Part shown: in pieces, positions 39,101-46,904 of the stretch
How the letters are laid out: every line of letters starts with the position of its first letter
Position numbering within the stretch: position 1 is the stretch's first letter
IMG/VR virus record: IMGVR_UViG_3300025139_000012
Span: 7,591 to 71,590 of that record
DNA from: a virus
Lineage: Duplodnaviria > Caudoviricetes
Reading direction: 5' to 3' (one strand)
Length of the DNA stretch: 64,000 nucleotides
Notes under the pieces: model-generated
The model's input: only the letters and a program-made list of their open reading frames with translations
Databases searched by the model: none
What the model was told of the DNA's origin: nothing
Program-made: the position numbers and the translations under genes

Positions 39101-41848
39101 GATCTCATATTGTGTATTGTTTTCTGAATCGCGTTCTTGTATCAACGTACCATTAATATACAAAAATACTGAAGGCATATTGGTAAGGTTAGTTGGAGTT
39201 ATATCTATCTCATAATATGATGTAACTCCGTCGCAAATATTAGAAAACAGCTGATATTGTTTTGTATTTTGATCTTCAGTTACCCAAACATTTTTCTTAT
39301 TAAGCTGAAATCTTGAAGCGATAACTGGTACAAATCCAGTATTCAGTTTGATTGAAGTTGTGGTAATGCCAGACAAGTAGTTGAATGAATCTGCGTCAAC
39401 ATTGTTTGTAAACAAGATGTCACCAGTATTAGCAATGCTGCGATATGCTATTGGGAACCCCAACACCGAGTCCGTAACCCCACTACCTAAGGTATAAGAA
39501 AATATTGGCGAGCCCGCAAACTCAGTGTTTGCATACACAGTTTGATCGGAAAAACTAACCAGATTTTCATCCACAACATCAAACAGTGGCATGGTGTTGA
39601 TATTTGTTTTTTGCTGCGCATGTGTCCAAGTGTTGCCGTTGAACCAAAAACTGTGGCCAAGCGTAATACCAATCGTTGGACTCATGACGCCGTCTAAGGA
39701 TATGTCAGATATAGTTTTAAAATTCGAGGCTCCCACTGCAGTAATATCTATCTGCCGGTTATTGTGATTATAAGTAGCTTCATATGGGGTGGTGCTTAGT
39801 AAAGGTATCAATGGCAGTGTTATTCCCATTCTTGGGGTAACTACATCATACGGCGAAATATCACCCACTTTTACTAAGTGTACTCTTACTTCATCGTTAA
39901 CCGAAACTATCCTTACTTTATAAATCCTATTTCTTACGGTCGGATCTTTATCATTGGCAAAAATGACGGTCATCCCATCAGAAAACTTTAGATCAGTGAA
40001 ATATGTTGAGATGGTGCCTTCAATATATACCAACGCATCAGTAATGGAAAAATCAACAACATCAATGGCATGCCCACCAATCCTACCGTTGTTAAACAAC
40101 TGTAAATCTGGGTCAAACTCGATAATAGGTCTAGTAGCTCTGAGTGCTTGATTATAGTCAGGGTCAACATTGTTAAATATAGCAGATTGCAAAATAATAT
40201 CTTGGTGGAACCATCTATTACTTCTTGACCACGCATTAGCATCAACTGACGACCTGTTGATAGTAATATAGTCTGGATTCGTCGGTCCGTTTAAAATTTG
40301 ATCAAAGTTGTCAATACTATAACCATAAATATCAAACGGAATAGTTGTAATACCTTTAAAATCCAACTCCGGAGTTTGCATCAAATCAGTTTTGACTAAT
40401 CTAATAGATTTTCCAACTCCTTCAACATAATAAAAATTGTTAATATAACTTGCTGGTGTCACCGCAGCGTTAAATTTAATTTTCATTCCGTTGGACAGTG
40501 TCAGCGTCTTTTCCCCAACTTTTATTGAGTACTGTTTTTTACCAATAATATCGGTCACATCAATTATAGATGAAGTATCATTTACTAGTTTTATTTGCCC
40601 GTAAAACCGTTGATCAGTTCCGTCATTGAAAAATAACAAATCTTTTTCAGCAGTTAGAGCTGGAACTAATTCAATAGTAGACAAATCCTTGCGATAAAAA
40701 TCTCTGCCTGCGTTTTCATTACCGGTAGTGATGTGTATTTTGTTTGAAACTGGAAATGTTGCATTCCAATCGATGTTAACAATATAATCGCCGTCATCAG
40801 TAGGTTCAAGATTTATTTGCCATATATCAAATTGTTTTGATTGTGGTATATCTTGTCCTTCATCATATTTTTCTACTCCGTAGTCAGCACGATTATATAC
40901 TCCAGCATCATTCCAAGTTGTTGGCTCTATTAGATTTTGAAGGAATATAATTCGTGGAGTATTTTGTAATAGGGAGGCGTCAGTTATACCGTCAATGCCC
41001 CCAAATTTCGCAACTATGTTGCTCCACAGTTGTGAATCAATCTGATCATAAGTTAGGTTAGTAGCCAACGATCTGTCAGATTCTGACAGCGGGAGTGTAG
41101 GCATACGCTTGAAAAAGTCTTGAGCGTCTGCTTGAGGAACAGTGAAGGTGACAACACCGTTGTCAGCACCATTACGATCTACCCCCAACACGTCACGGGT
41201 TGAAATATTTCTTTGGTATCGTTGCTTTCCAGCTAGTCCTGGCTCAGTTTGAATCCAAAAATTTGACCCAGGTTGGTTAAGTTGAAATGTATAGGTGCCA
41301 CCGCGAGCAAGAGTAATAGTTGGATTTTCAACACTACCAAATCCAGATATTTGATACGCGCCAAGTCTGTCATTACGAGTAACTACAAAGTCATCAAATA
41401 AGTTTACTGCGCCTGTGTATATTTCTATTGCGGCAGGCCCTTCAGGTATCCAGTAATACTGGTTAAAGTTTATCAGTTTGTCAAAATCTATCATCCCATC
41501 ATATGAGTATGCTTCATTTTCAAACAACCTAGAGTGATTTGAAATATTACCGCCATAGTAATAGATTTTGTTTAGTAAATCAGTGTAACTAGCAAAAAAC
41601 TTGACATTTTTAATCTCGTCTGTTACTACAACGGACGGTTCAAGCTGATACTGGGTTCTGTTGCGAGAATTCTCAGGCAAGTAGTTGTCAGTTTTGTTAA
41701 AGGTCGGTGCAAACTTTCTACCTATATATCCATTCAGTTTCTTAAACTGCGGCTCAGTGACTAACTGATCAAGAGTAGCATTCAAAAATTTCTGATTTGC
41801 TGGGGTCTTAAAGACGTCTGGTAAAAAGTTGATTGTTCTTGTTGTCAT
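33164..41848 (-). CDS. Giant baseplate wedge protein (gp7-like), N-terminal part
   Basis: 2894 aa directly after the gp6-like gene; MTTRTINFLP..NQKFLNATLDQL; ends in GxGY and Asp-box repeats. Confidence 0.75.
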   Translation of the reverse strand: MTTRTINFLPDVFKTPANQKFLNATLDQLVTEPQFKKLNGYIGRKFAPTFNKTDNYLPENSRNRTQYQLEPSVVVTDEIKNVKFFASYTDLLNKIYYYGGNISNHSRLFENEAYSYDGMIDFDKLINFNQYYWIPEGPAAIEIYTGAVNLFDDFVVTRNDRLGAYQISGFGSVENPTITLARGGTYTFQLNQPGSNFWIQTEPGLAGKQRYQRNISTRDVLGVDRNGADNGVVTFTVPQADAQDFFKRMPTLPLSESDRSLATNLTYDQIDSQLWSNIVAKFGGIDGITDASLLQNTPRIIFLQNLIEPTTWNDAGVYNRADYGVEKYDEGQDIPQSKQFDIWQINLEPTDDGDYIVNIDWNATFPVSNKIHITTGNENAGRDFYRKDLSTIELVPALTAEKDLLFFNDGTDQRFYGQIKLVNDTSSIIDVTDIIGKKQYSIKVGEKTLTLSNGMKIKFNAAVTPASYINNFYYVEGVGKSIRLVKTDLMQTPELDFKGITTIPFDIYGYSIDNFDQILNGPTNPDYITINRSSVDANAWSRSNRWFHQDIILQSAIFNNVDPDYNQALRATRPIIEFDPDLQLFNNGRIGGHAIDVVDFSITDALVYIEGTISTYFTDLKFSDGMTVIFANDKDPTVRNRIYKVRIVSVNDEVRVHLVKVGDISPYDVVTPRMGITLPLIPLLSTTPYEATYNHNNRQIDITAVGASNFKTISDISLDGVMSPTIGITLGHSFWFNGNTWTHAQQKTNINTMPLFDVVDENLVSFSDQTVYANTEFAGSPIFSYTLGSGVTDSVLGFPIAYRSIANTGDILFTNNVDADSFNYLSGITTTSIKLNTGFVPVIASRFQLNKKNVWVTEDQNTKQYQLFSNICDGVTSYYEIDITPTNLTNMPSVFLYINGTLIQERDSENNTQYEIVKVGDVSSGVPAVLTLYVKYPIVKDDRVDFLIYSTTSSNIGYYEIPENLELNALNESFSHITLGQMRKHVLKIAEKSPELVGVPLASNNLRDLDIKSRGGNILQHSSPMIYSSLFLLNDEVSFMDSIRAAQFEYSKFKYKFLENAGEIAANRGNVPATVDAIMLKINAVNNIQMPWYYSDMVPYDQNKKVIEYTVLATEILEYEIPTIFDDTKLSNQAILVYVNGIQLIKNHDYEFSKTRPSIVFKHLLEYDDVINIVIYANTDGCYVPETPTKLGLYPKFTPEIFIDDTYLTPIQVIRGHDGSITPAFGDVRDELLLELEKRIYNNIKATYDPLVFDINSIVPERFRNTGYIKSEFDNIISSSYTQWLGSNRVAITTNDWFDEKNFFTWNYSSNRIFNADLRLNNTVLPGYWRGIFLFLYGTDAPHTRPWESLGFSEKPEWWETYYGVAPYTGGNLVLWGDLEQGLIREGPRAGINKLYARPGVTNIIPVTDSGELRSPVSFLTHVPDTGTAKAPFNMGDVGPIESAWRRSSDYPFAVQQAIALMRPSVYFGSLASIQKYRRHPATNQFFIEDTKQKITPLDFVFNGENIDDTIMRNAGYTNWIVDYATSRGVNPSTLLHKYVDRVSINLGYKVAGFTDKNYLKIYAEQSNPNSANNSVVIPDENYKVYLHKSSPVSVINYSALVITSTPAGFTVSGYNVSNPIFKIIPSNTASAKHTVTVLNLAGTIYEGWEDAVVDIPYGQEFRNTQQVVDFIVSYGRYLISLGLQFKTFDQSLGEERNWELSVKEFLTWAQQGWGNGSLLVLSPLLNEFTVIHPAAVVDKIENSRLGSKILDVGFNFIPPKQSSIVRNDGVFSITTPADRTIGLVSLALVQYEHVLIFDNQTEFKDIIYAPALGNRQYRLKLIGNKTDNWTGQLSLPGFMHTNADIAGWEVFRDYNKGEIVQYKGNIYTALAKILASDNFDFTKWKQVDSTFFKSGIIPNLAYGAGRFENMYDIDGQVQDNNLNSLSDGLIGNQSRSYLIDLGISPTSQSKFYQGFIKDKGTHAAISALGDLSINHITGKIAVTEEWAFRVGEYGALESNQFLEVQLGEALFKQDPVAFNLQNPGDELQSENSVTMYYNTLYKKPLTFRPNFLNDRDDSVNSENDFPSAGYVHLDDIDATIFDLSNPAFIGDLASKVYSGFKIWVAKNLDGDWDVLRVSESQIHITNADYNLDGIAEFTTDLPHKLSVGEVFVIKNFSADVDNFYRVYRITSMHTVYATISSSLEATMISTPNMEGYGTLFNLSSMRVDELIEVANLTPKFSWKDGDKVWADKNTINGWAVYNKTSPWKYSSDLNELGVDNKPIPLSLSEQYGSTIASNEDGSIVIVGSPGQIGKLPRPFIKNYLGLYEISPGTTDTEHYRSADIFGKAIAIGDKSIAISSDNLEYYSATTQSSILTYLLGVEGSGVQKNTLYDTAGIKITGATLVSPGVNYTSIPEIVITPGYYYSDNGSGSYYVDSGKNLEIEIVGEFVDASTALSAANLGFNSSGVSGYTCLDNFTVNIAGGGGTGARAELITERAVPLTGIPVDDITLTVPDNLYDTVPTVSIAAPEVSGGIQATASLTVVAVPESFGSIEITLTSLGSNYTLPPEVVISAPTDPLGIQANAVILGNYVSAATGSVTGVTMVNAGDGYQKPPFIVFTGDGSGAAAHVTGTLVGAKLASVALTDVGLGYTSKPYAQIFGASTDTSRASIEGALNPSTGFYEISGITLTDPGAGYLDTPVIEVYGGGTTFENIASTIIKSGVATVLGAAGSLTLNNSWITNAVSKSFFNPYATLFAGVYVLVDLGVNAEHSLYISSNGVNWVENMIIDNNGKELFLGVPIIANNKLYALACQRSIPPDYAAITSNTIWLISTEDGKTWTAQETNMKPILETLDLSVINNLDITYVNNKFAITQLNETETDTLLTSDDGIIWQAITILPAAAESVFPVRAYYW

Positions 41849-41871
41849 TGGTTTACAGTGTAGTAATGTAT

Positions 41872-44800
41872 TTACCCTGCTACGTTCGCGTTAAGAGTTG
41901 CTGCAGTGATTGCGCTGATAATCTCAACGTTAGCGACTGTAGCAGAGCTAGTTAAGATCTCGTTAGCTTCAGCATTGATCTGATACAGGTTACCAAAAAG
42001 TGATTTTGCATCAACAGGCACGATAATAATAGATGAGGCGGCTGGACTTAATGTCGAGTGAAGATACGCACTTAGCTCACTAAAGTAGAACGACTCTCCA
42101 AAATCCCAATTTGCTGTATCAAAGTAGCTGTTCACTGCTGCTATCACACGCGATTTAATTTCATTATCACTTATGTTTACTGACGCGTTTTTAACTACTT
42201 TAAATGTCGCTTGTAACGACAACTCGGCAGTGGGTCCAAATAAGGGCTTAAACTTTGCAGAGCTTAACACTATTGTATCGCTTATTGCCTTTAATTTTTG
42301 TAAGCCAGTGTATTCTAACGATAGCTCCTCAGTAGTTGGGGGCAATGGCTCTTCAATTTTTCCAGTCGTATCTTTAATCCAAAGATTATACGCTTCCGCA
42401 TACTCCTTAGTTAACACATAAATATCAATGATATTATTTGGGCTTGGATCTATTCTATTATTTCCAGGGCTGTTATGCGTATATTGGAAATACAGGTTGT
42501 CTCTACCGTTCTTAGCCACGTAATCAGTAGATCTTACCAATGAGTAAGCGCCTTGAAGATTCATTAACACATAAAATTCTGGTGTGGTTGATTGAATATA
42601 AAATACTTGCCCCTCGCTGTATTGAGAAATAGGTATCTCTAAAACACTAGTATATAATGTATCAACTAAAGAAGAGTCGAATGACTCCCATTGAATAAAA
42701 CTATCATAACTAATAATTTTCTTGAAAAATACAATATTGCTGCTGTCTACTAAACTTTTGTAAATGTATGGATCATCAGGAATTCCATCAGCATTGGTAT
42801 CAGTAAAAGTCAGGGTTACTTTATTTTGATTTACATACCCATCTGCCTCTGTAATATTAGACAGTATGTTCATGCGGTAATCCAACCCCATTGGCAACGA
42901 AGTCAGTGGTTGTGCATTTACTTTTAAAAACTTAATATTGTCTTGAATAACAGTATTAGTTTTGCTGTCATATACTTTGACTTTATTGTCGTAATAAAAC
43001 TTCGTTTCCTTCTTGCTTTCAAATATATATGATAGTCCGCGCCAGTATACCGAATACCCTACGTTAGCAACGTTTTCAAATCTAATAATCCAGTTGTTGT
43101 CATATACATTGCCAATGGTTAACTCCCAAATACTCTGCTCCGCATTATAGTTCAGATAAAAGTTAGATTTCACAGCAACAGCAGTAACCATTTCTTGAAT
43201 AGTCAATGTAGTTAATGTGTTGCTATATCTTGGTATAATGGAATGAACAGCCGCACCCGTCGGAACTTTGATACTTAATGTCACTGGCCCTTGGCCATTT
43301 AACATAGTACCAATACCACCATTGGTGCCGTCACCAAGCACAGCAACTACTGAAGCATATATGTATAACTTGTCTCCATCAAATCTTGGGGAACCCCGAA
43401 GGATTACGTTTTGCGCATTAAAGTATTTTCCTGTTCCAGCAGTGAATTTAATCAATGCCCCGACTTTAATATGTGACCCAGCAGTGCTGGTAATATTTCC
43501 AAGTTGAAGTATTTGCCCAGTCAACATATTTTTAAAATACCCAGTGCTACCGCCAATATTTAATGAACTCATTACCCATTCTGCGTTCGGATATTGATAG
43601 GCAGTTACTTCATCGTAGTAGCGATGAAGTAGTTCGCGTGTGTTCAAAATATTTGACACAGTGTCACTGATGATTTGCCCGATAGTGTTCGTATTCAAGA
43701 AAGACAGTTTTAGTTCGTAGTCTTGAGCAGTTTTGTACAGAACACCATCCTGAGCAAAGATGTTTGTACTTGAATATTTCCCGCTGCTATCGTTTACATC
43801 AATGAATCTGCTTACCCCACTACTTGATCTGTTAACTGCTTTTACTTTAGATATATTAGCATAGTTTGTGTATGGTACAATATTGTAATCCTCACCCGTG
43901 ACCATTCTACCTTGAGTGTAGTATTGTTGTGGCGCTTTTTGCCTAATCTCTTCAGATGTTTCGCTAGCAGTAGCATTAGACACGGTGTAGTTCAATGATG
44001 CGAAGATCGACAAGGTCTCGACATTTCCAGCTCGTGACACATAGGGAATCGAGAATGAAGTATTTTGAATGTCAGTTGGTAAAATTTTGTATGCCTGGGC
44101 GTTCCCTGTTCTAAAATACAATCTAAAGTTTCCAACAGGTATATTCGAAAATGCTCCATCTCCAAACACTAAGTCAATGTTATCGTTAACAGTAGTATTG
44201 ATTTGGAATAGATTTTTATCTACGGATTTGTTATATATTACATTGATGCCAGCAACCGTTGGTACAGGTGTCCATTTAACATCAACTGCACCATTTACAT
44301 CTAATGAGTATAGCCATACATCTGAGTTGTTGATTCCATTATACCCAACTGTTAATACACGGTTAGCCAAAGATTCTTCAAGGTTGAAATCTAGTGTGCT
44401 CAATGCTCCTTGCTTAAAATATAGGAAGAATCCAGTGTTTATGCTACCGTTGCCTTGGTTATCGTTGCGATATAACAGATTAAATCTGTTATTTGCTATA
44501 GGTGGTACTTCATAAATGTATTGCTGCCCAACGGAGGTGACACTGACGATCTCAAATGGTGTTTGAGCTCCATTGACAATGGCGTTAAACGCGAATGTTG
44601 GCTGAGTATTTGTTGTTAAGTTAACGGTATATTCAGAATTCATTATTCCATTGATTAACTGTGAATTCCCTGATTTACCAATGGTTTGATTATCTATTAG
44701 AGCAGCGTTAATAATGATCGTAAACTGCTCTAACCAGTTGTTATTTGTAGTGTCGTTCCAAGTGATAGGAAGCCCAGTAATACTTACTCCAGTGGAATCA

Positions 44801-45189
44801 GTTAACTTTTCGCTAGTAGCAATGGATTCAATCTTAAGAAATCCTGACGCAGGTATGCTTCGTTTCGGACTGTAGTTAATCAGTCTAGCCAGTTTCAAAA
44901 TACTGTCACGACGTTCTGCCGTGTCAATGAAACTCTCCCTTGCGTTTAAGTCTGATCTGAATGCTAAACTTTGCCCCAAAAATGCTATCAAATCAATCAG
45001 CGCAATGTATTCACTTGATTCAATGAAATCGTTAAAATCCTCTGGATAATACAGTTTCAAATAGTCGATCATACTCTTGCGCAGAGTCTCGAAATCGTAA
45101 GATTGAAAATCTGCTTCGCGGAAGGTCTGGTATATTTTTTTCCAATCCTCTGCGGCTAATAAACTGTGCTGACGTGATGATGAAGACAT
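41872..45189 (-). CDS. Baseplate wedge subunit (T4 gp6-like)
   Basis: DFETLRKSMIDYL, ESFIDTAERRDSILKLARLINY, FGDG, RMVTGEDY. Confidence 0.85.
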   Translation of the reverse strand: MSSSSRQHSLLAAEDWKKIYQTFREADFQSYDFETLRKSMIDYLKLYYPEDFNDFIESSEYIALIDLIAFLGQSLAFRSDLNARESFIDTAERRDSILKLARLINYSPKRSIPASGFLKIESIATSEKLTDSTGVSITGLPITWNDTTNNNWLEQFTIIINAALIDNQTIGKSGNSQLINGIMNSEYTVNLTTNTQPTFAFNAIVNGAQTPFEIVSVTSVGQQYIYEVPPIANNRFNLLYRNDNQGNGSINTGFFLYFKQGALSTLDFNLEESLANRVLTVGYNGINNSDVWLYSLDVNGAVDVKWTPVPTVAGINVIYNKSVDKNLFQINTTVNDNIDLVFGDGAFSNIPVGNFRLYFRTGNAQAYKILPTDIQNTSFSIPYVSRAGNVETLSIFASLNYTVSNATASETSEEIRQKAPQQYYTQGRMVTGEDYNIVPYTNYANISKVKAVNRSSSGVSRFIDVNDSSGKYSSTNIFAQDGVLYKTAQDYELKLSFLNTNTIGQIISDTVSNILNTRELLHRYYDEVTAYQYPNAEWVMSSLNIGGSTGYFKNMLTGQILQLGNITSTAGSHIKVGALIKFTAGTGKYFNAQNVILRGSPRFDGDKLYIYASVVAVLGDGTNGGIGTMLNGQGPVTLSIKVPTGAAVHSIIPRYSNTLTTLTIQEMVTAVAVKSNFYLNYNAEQSIWELTIGNVYDNNWIIRFENVANVGYSVYWRGLSYIFESKKETKFYYDNKVKVYDSKTNTVIQDNIKFLKVNAQPLTSLPMGLDYRMNILSNITEADGYVNQNKVTLTFTDTNADGIPDDPYIYKSLVDSSNIVFFKKIISYDSFIQWESFDSSLVDTLYTSVLEIPISQYSEGQVFYIQSTTPEFYVLMNLQGAYSLVRSTDYVAKNGRDNLYFQYTHNSPGNNRIDPSPNNIIDIYVLTKEYAEAYNLWIKDTTGKIEEPLPPTTEELSLEYTGLQKLKAISDTIVLSSAKFKPLFGPTAELSLQATFKVVKNASVNISDNEIKSRVIAAVNSYFDTANWDFGESFYFSELSAYLHSTLSPAASSIIIVPVDAKSLFGNLYQINAEANEILTSSATVANVEIISAITAATLNANVAG

Positions 45190-45209
45190 CGCTTTGATCC
45201 TTGACTATG

Positions 45210-46524
45210 ATAATTATGCCGTTTTATAAAAATCTATAAAACTGACTAGACGTTTCAATGAATCTACCTTTGGTATTTCTACTTTAGGATTTACTGACTC
45301 TCGACATCTGTAATCGGCTAATTCGGCCGATGTTAAACTATAAAGATCATCTAGACCTTTATAGAGTATGTTTACTGAAGCATTTAGATCTCGATCATGT
45401 TTAGTATTGCAACTAGGACACGTCCATTCTCTTATAGAGAGATCTAAAGATTCTAGTTTATGACCACAACAAGAACAAGTTTTAGAAGAAGGAAACCAAG
45501 TATCTATTTGATGGAACGTTTTACCGTACCAGTTAGATTTATAGCTGACCATTCCGATTAAAGTAGACCAAGAAGCATCTTGAATTGACTTAGATAATTT
45601 TCTATTCTTAATCATATTCTTGACTTTAAGTGATTCCATAATTATGGTATCATAGTTATTTACTAACCAAGTTGATAGATTATCATAAATAAACTTTCTT
45701 TGGTTAGTTACTTTTAGATAAAGTCTAGCCACTTTAAGTTTCATCTGTTTGTATCTGGATGAATCTTTAACTTTCTTACTAAATGCTCTTTGAGTTATTT
45801 TTAGTTTCGTTTGGGTTTTACGAAACCATCTAGGATTACTGATTTTCATGCCTGTTGAACAGATAAGTAAATCTTTTAAACCCAGATCAATACCAATACT
45901 CCTACCGGTATTTTGTTTCAGCTCTATAGGTTCTTCAACTAGAACCGAAACAAAATATTGGTTGGCTTTATTCTTTGATACTGTTACCGATTTCAACAAT
46001 CCAGAAAATTTTCTATCGATAACTAGTTTAATAGGCGACATCTTTGGTAATTTGATTCTAGAAGTCTCAAAATTTATACAGGAATTAAATTTTAGACATT
46101 GACCTGGAATTTTAAATGAATCATTAGAAACTCCTTTTTTCTTGAACTTTGGTCTACCTAATTTGACTGCTCTCTTTTTAGAAAAGAATTGCTTCTTGAA
46201 TTCAACCCAGTCCATTCTTTTCTGTTGTAGACCGTAACTAATTACTTCAGTCAAGAATTCTTTTCCGGGTAGGTCTTTAATGAACTTTTCGTCTTGAGGC
46301 AAACAAGGACCAATAAAATTATGATTGAAAGATGCAACGAATTGGTTCCAGATATATCTAACCGCTCCAAAGTTACGGTCTAGAAAACTAGTCTGTTCCT
46401 TAGTGGGATAGATTCGGTATTTGAATGCTTTTAGAACTAATTGAGTCATAAATTATATTATATAGTTTATTTAATGTTTTAAGTTTACTATATAAATTAT
46501 ATTGAAGTTATATAGTTATTTATC
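45210..46524 (-). mobile_element. TnpB family B element, intact copy (no transposase gene)
   Basis: AT-rich leader and GGCATAATTAT end shared with three other copies; inserted between gp25 and gp6; left boundary approximate. Confidence 0.8.
45214..46449 (-). CDS. tnpB: RNA-guided endonuclease TnpB, family B
   Basis: AFKYRIYP, RuvC GIDLG / MESL / DRDLNAS intact, zinc finger. Confidence 0.93.
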   Translation of the reverse strand: MTQLVLKAFKYRIYPTKEQTSFLDRNFGAVRYIWNQFVASFNHNFIGPCLPQDEKFIKDLPGKEFLTEVISYGLQQKRMDWVEFKKQFFSKKRAVKLGRPKFKKKGVSNDSFKIPGQCLKFNSCINFETSRIKLPKMSPIKLVIDRKFSGLLKSVTVSKNKANQYFVSVLVEEPIELKQNTGRSIGIDLGLKDLLICSTGMKISNPRWFRKTQTKLKITQRAFSKKVKDSSRYKQMKLKVARLYLKVTNQRKFIYDNLSTWLVNNYDTIIMESLKVKNMIKNRKLSKSIQDASWSTLIGMVSYKSNWYGKTFHQIDTWFPSSKTCSCCGHKLESLDLSIREWTCPSCNTKHDRDLNASVNILYKGLDDLYSLTSAELADYRCRESVNPKVEIPKVDSLKRLVSFIDFYKTA

Positions 46525-46544
46525 GTTGCGATAATATTAGTATA

Positions 46545-46901
46545 TTACTTTGACTGTGCAAAGTTGACGTAGAGAACATCCTTCTGATCAGTTTCAACAA
46601 AGGTTAGCTCTATTTTCACTTGAATTCCGTGTTGGTATTCAGTTAGGGTAATATTGTTTGCGACGAGTCTAGGGTCAGAGTTAACTATTTTAGTCACGTC
46701 TTTTGATATCGCGTCTCTGAGTTCGTCCGTTAGCTGGTCAAACAACACACCCCATATTATGGTTCCAAAGTTAGGGTCCATGATTTTTTCACCTTTTTTA
46801 ATAAAAAGGTGATTCATTAAATCCTGCTTCGCCAGCTCAAAGTCGTGTATTACAAACTTCTTGCTGCGGTTAACTGTCGAAAACCCATTATAGAGTGCCA
46901 T
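46545..46901 (-). CDS. Baseplate wedge protein (gp25-like)
   Basis: KGEKIMDPNFGT..LF and DPRL GPW/gp25 signature. Confidence 0.88.
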   Translation of the reverse strand: MALYNGFSTVNRSKKFVIHDFELAKQDLMNHLFIKKGEKIMDPNFGTIIWGVLFDQLTDELRDAISKDVTKIVNSDPRLVANNITLTEYQHGIQVKIELTFVETDQKDVLYVNFAQSK

Positions 46902-46904
46902 ATG

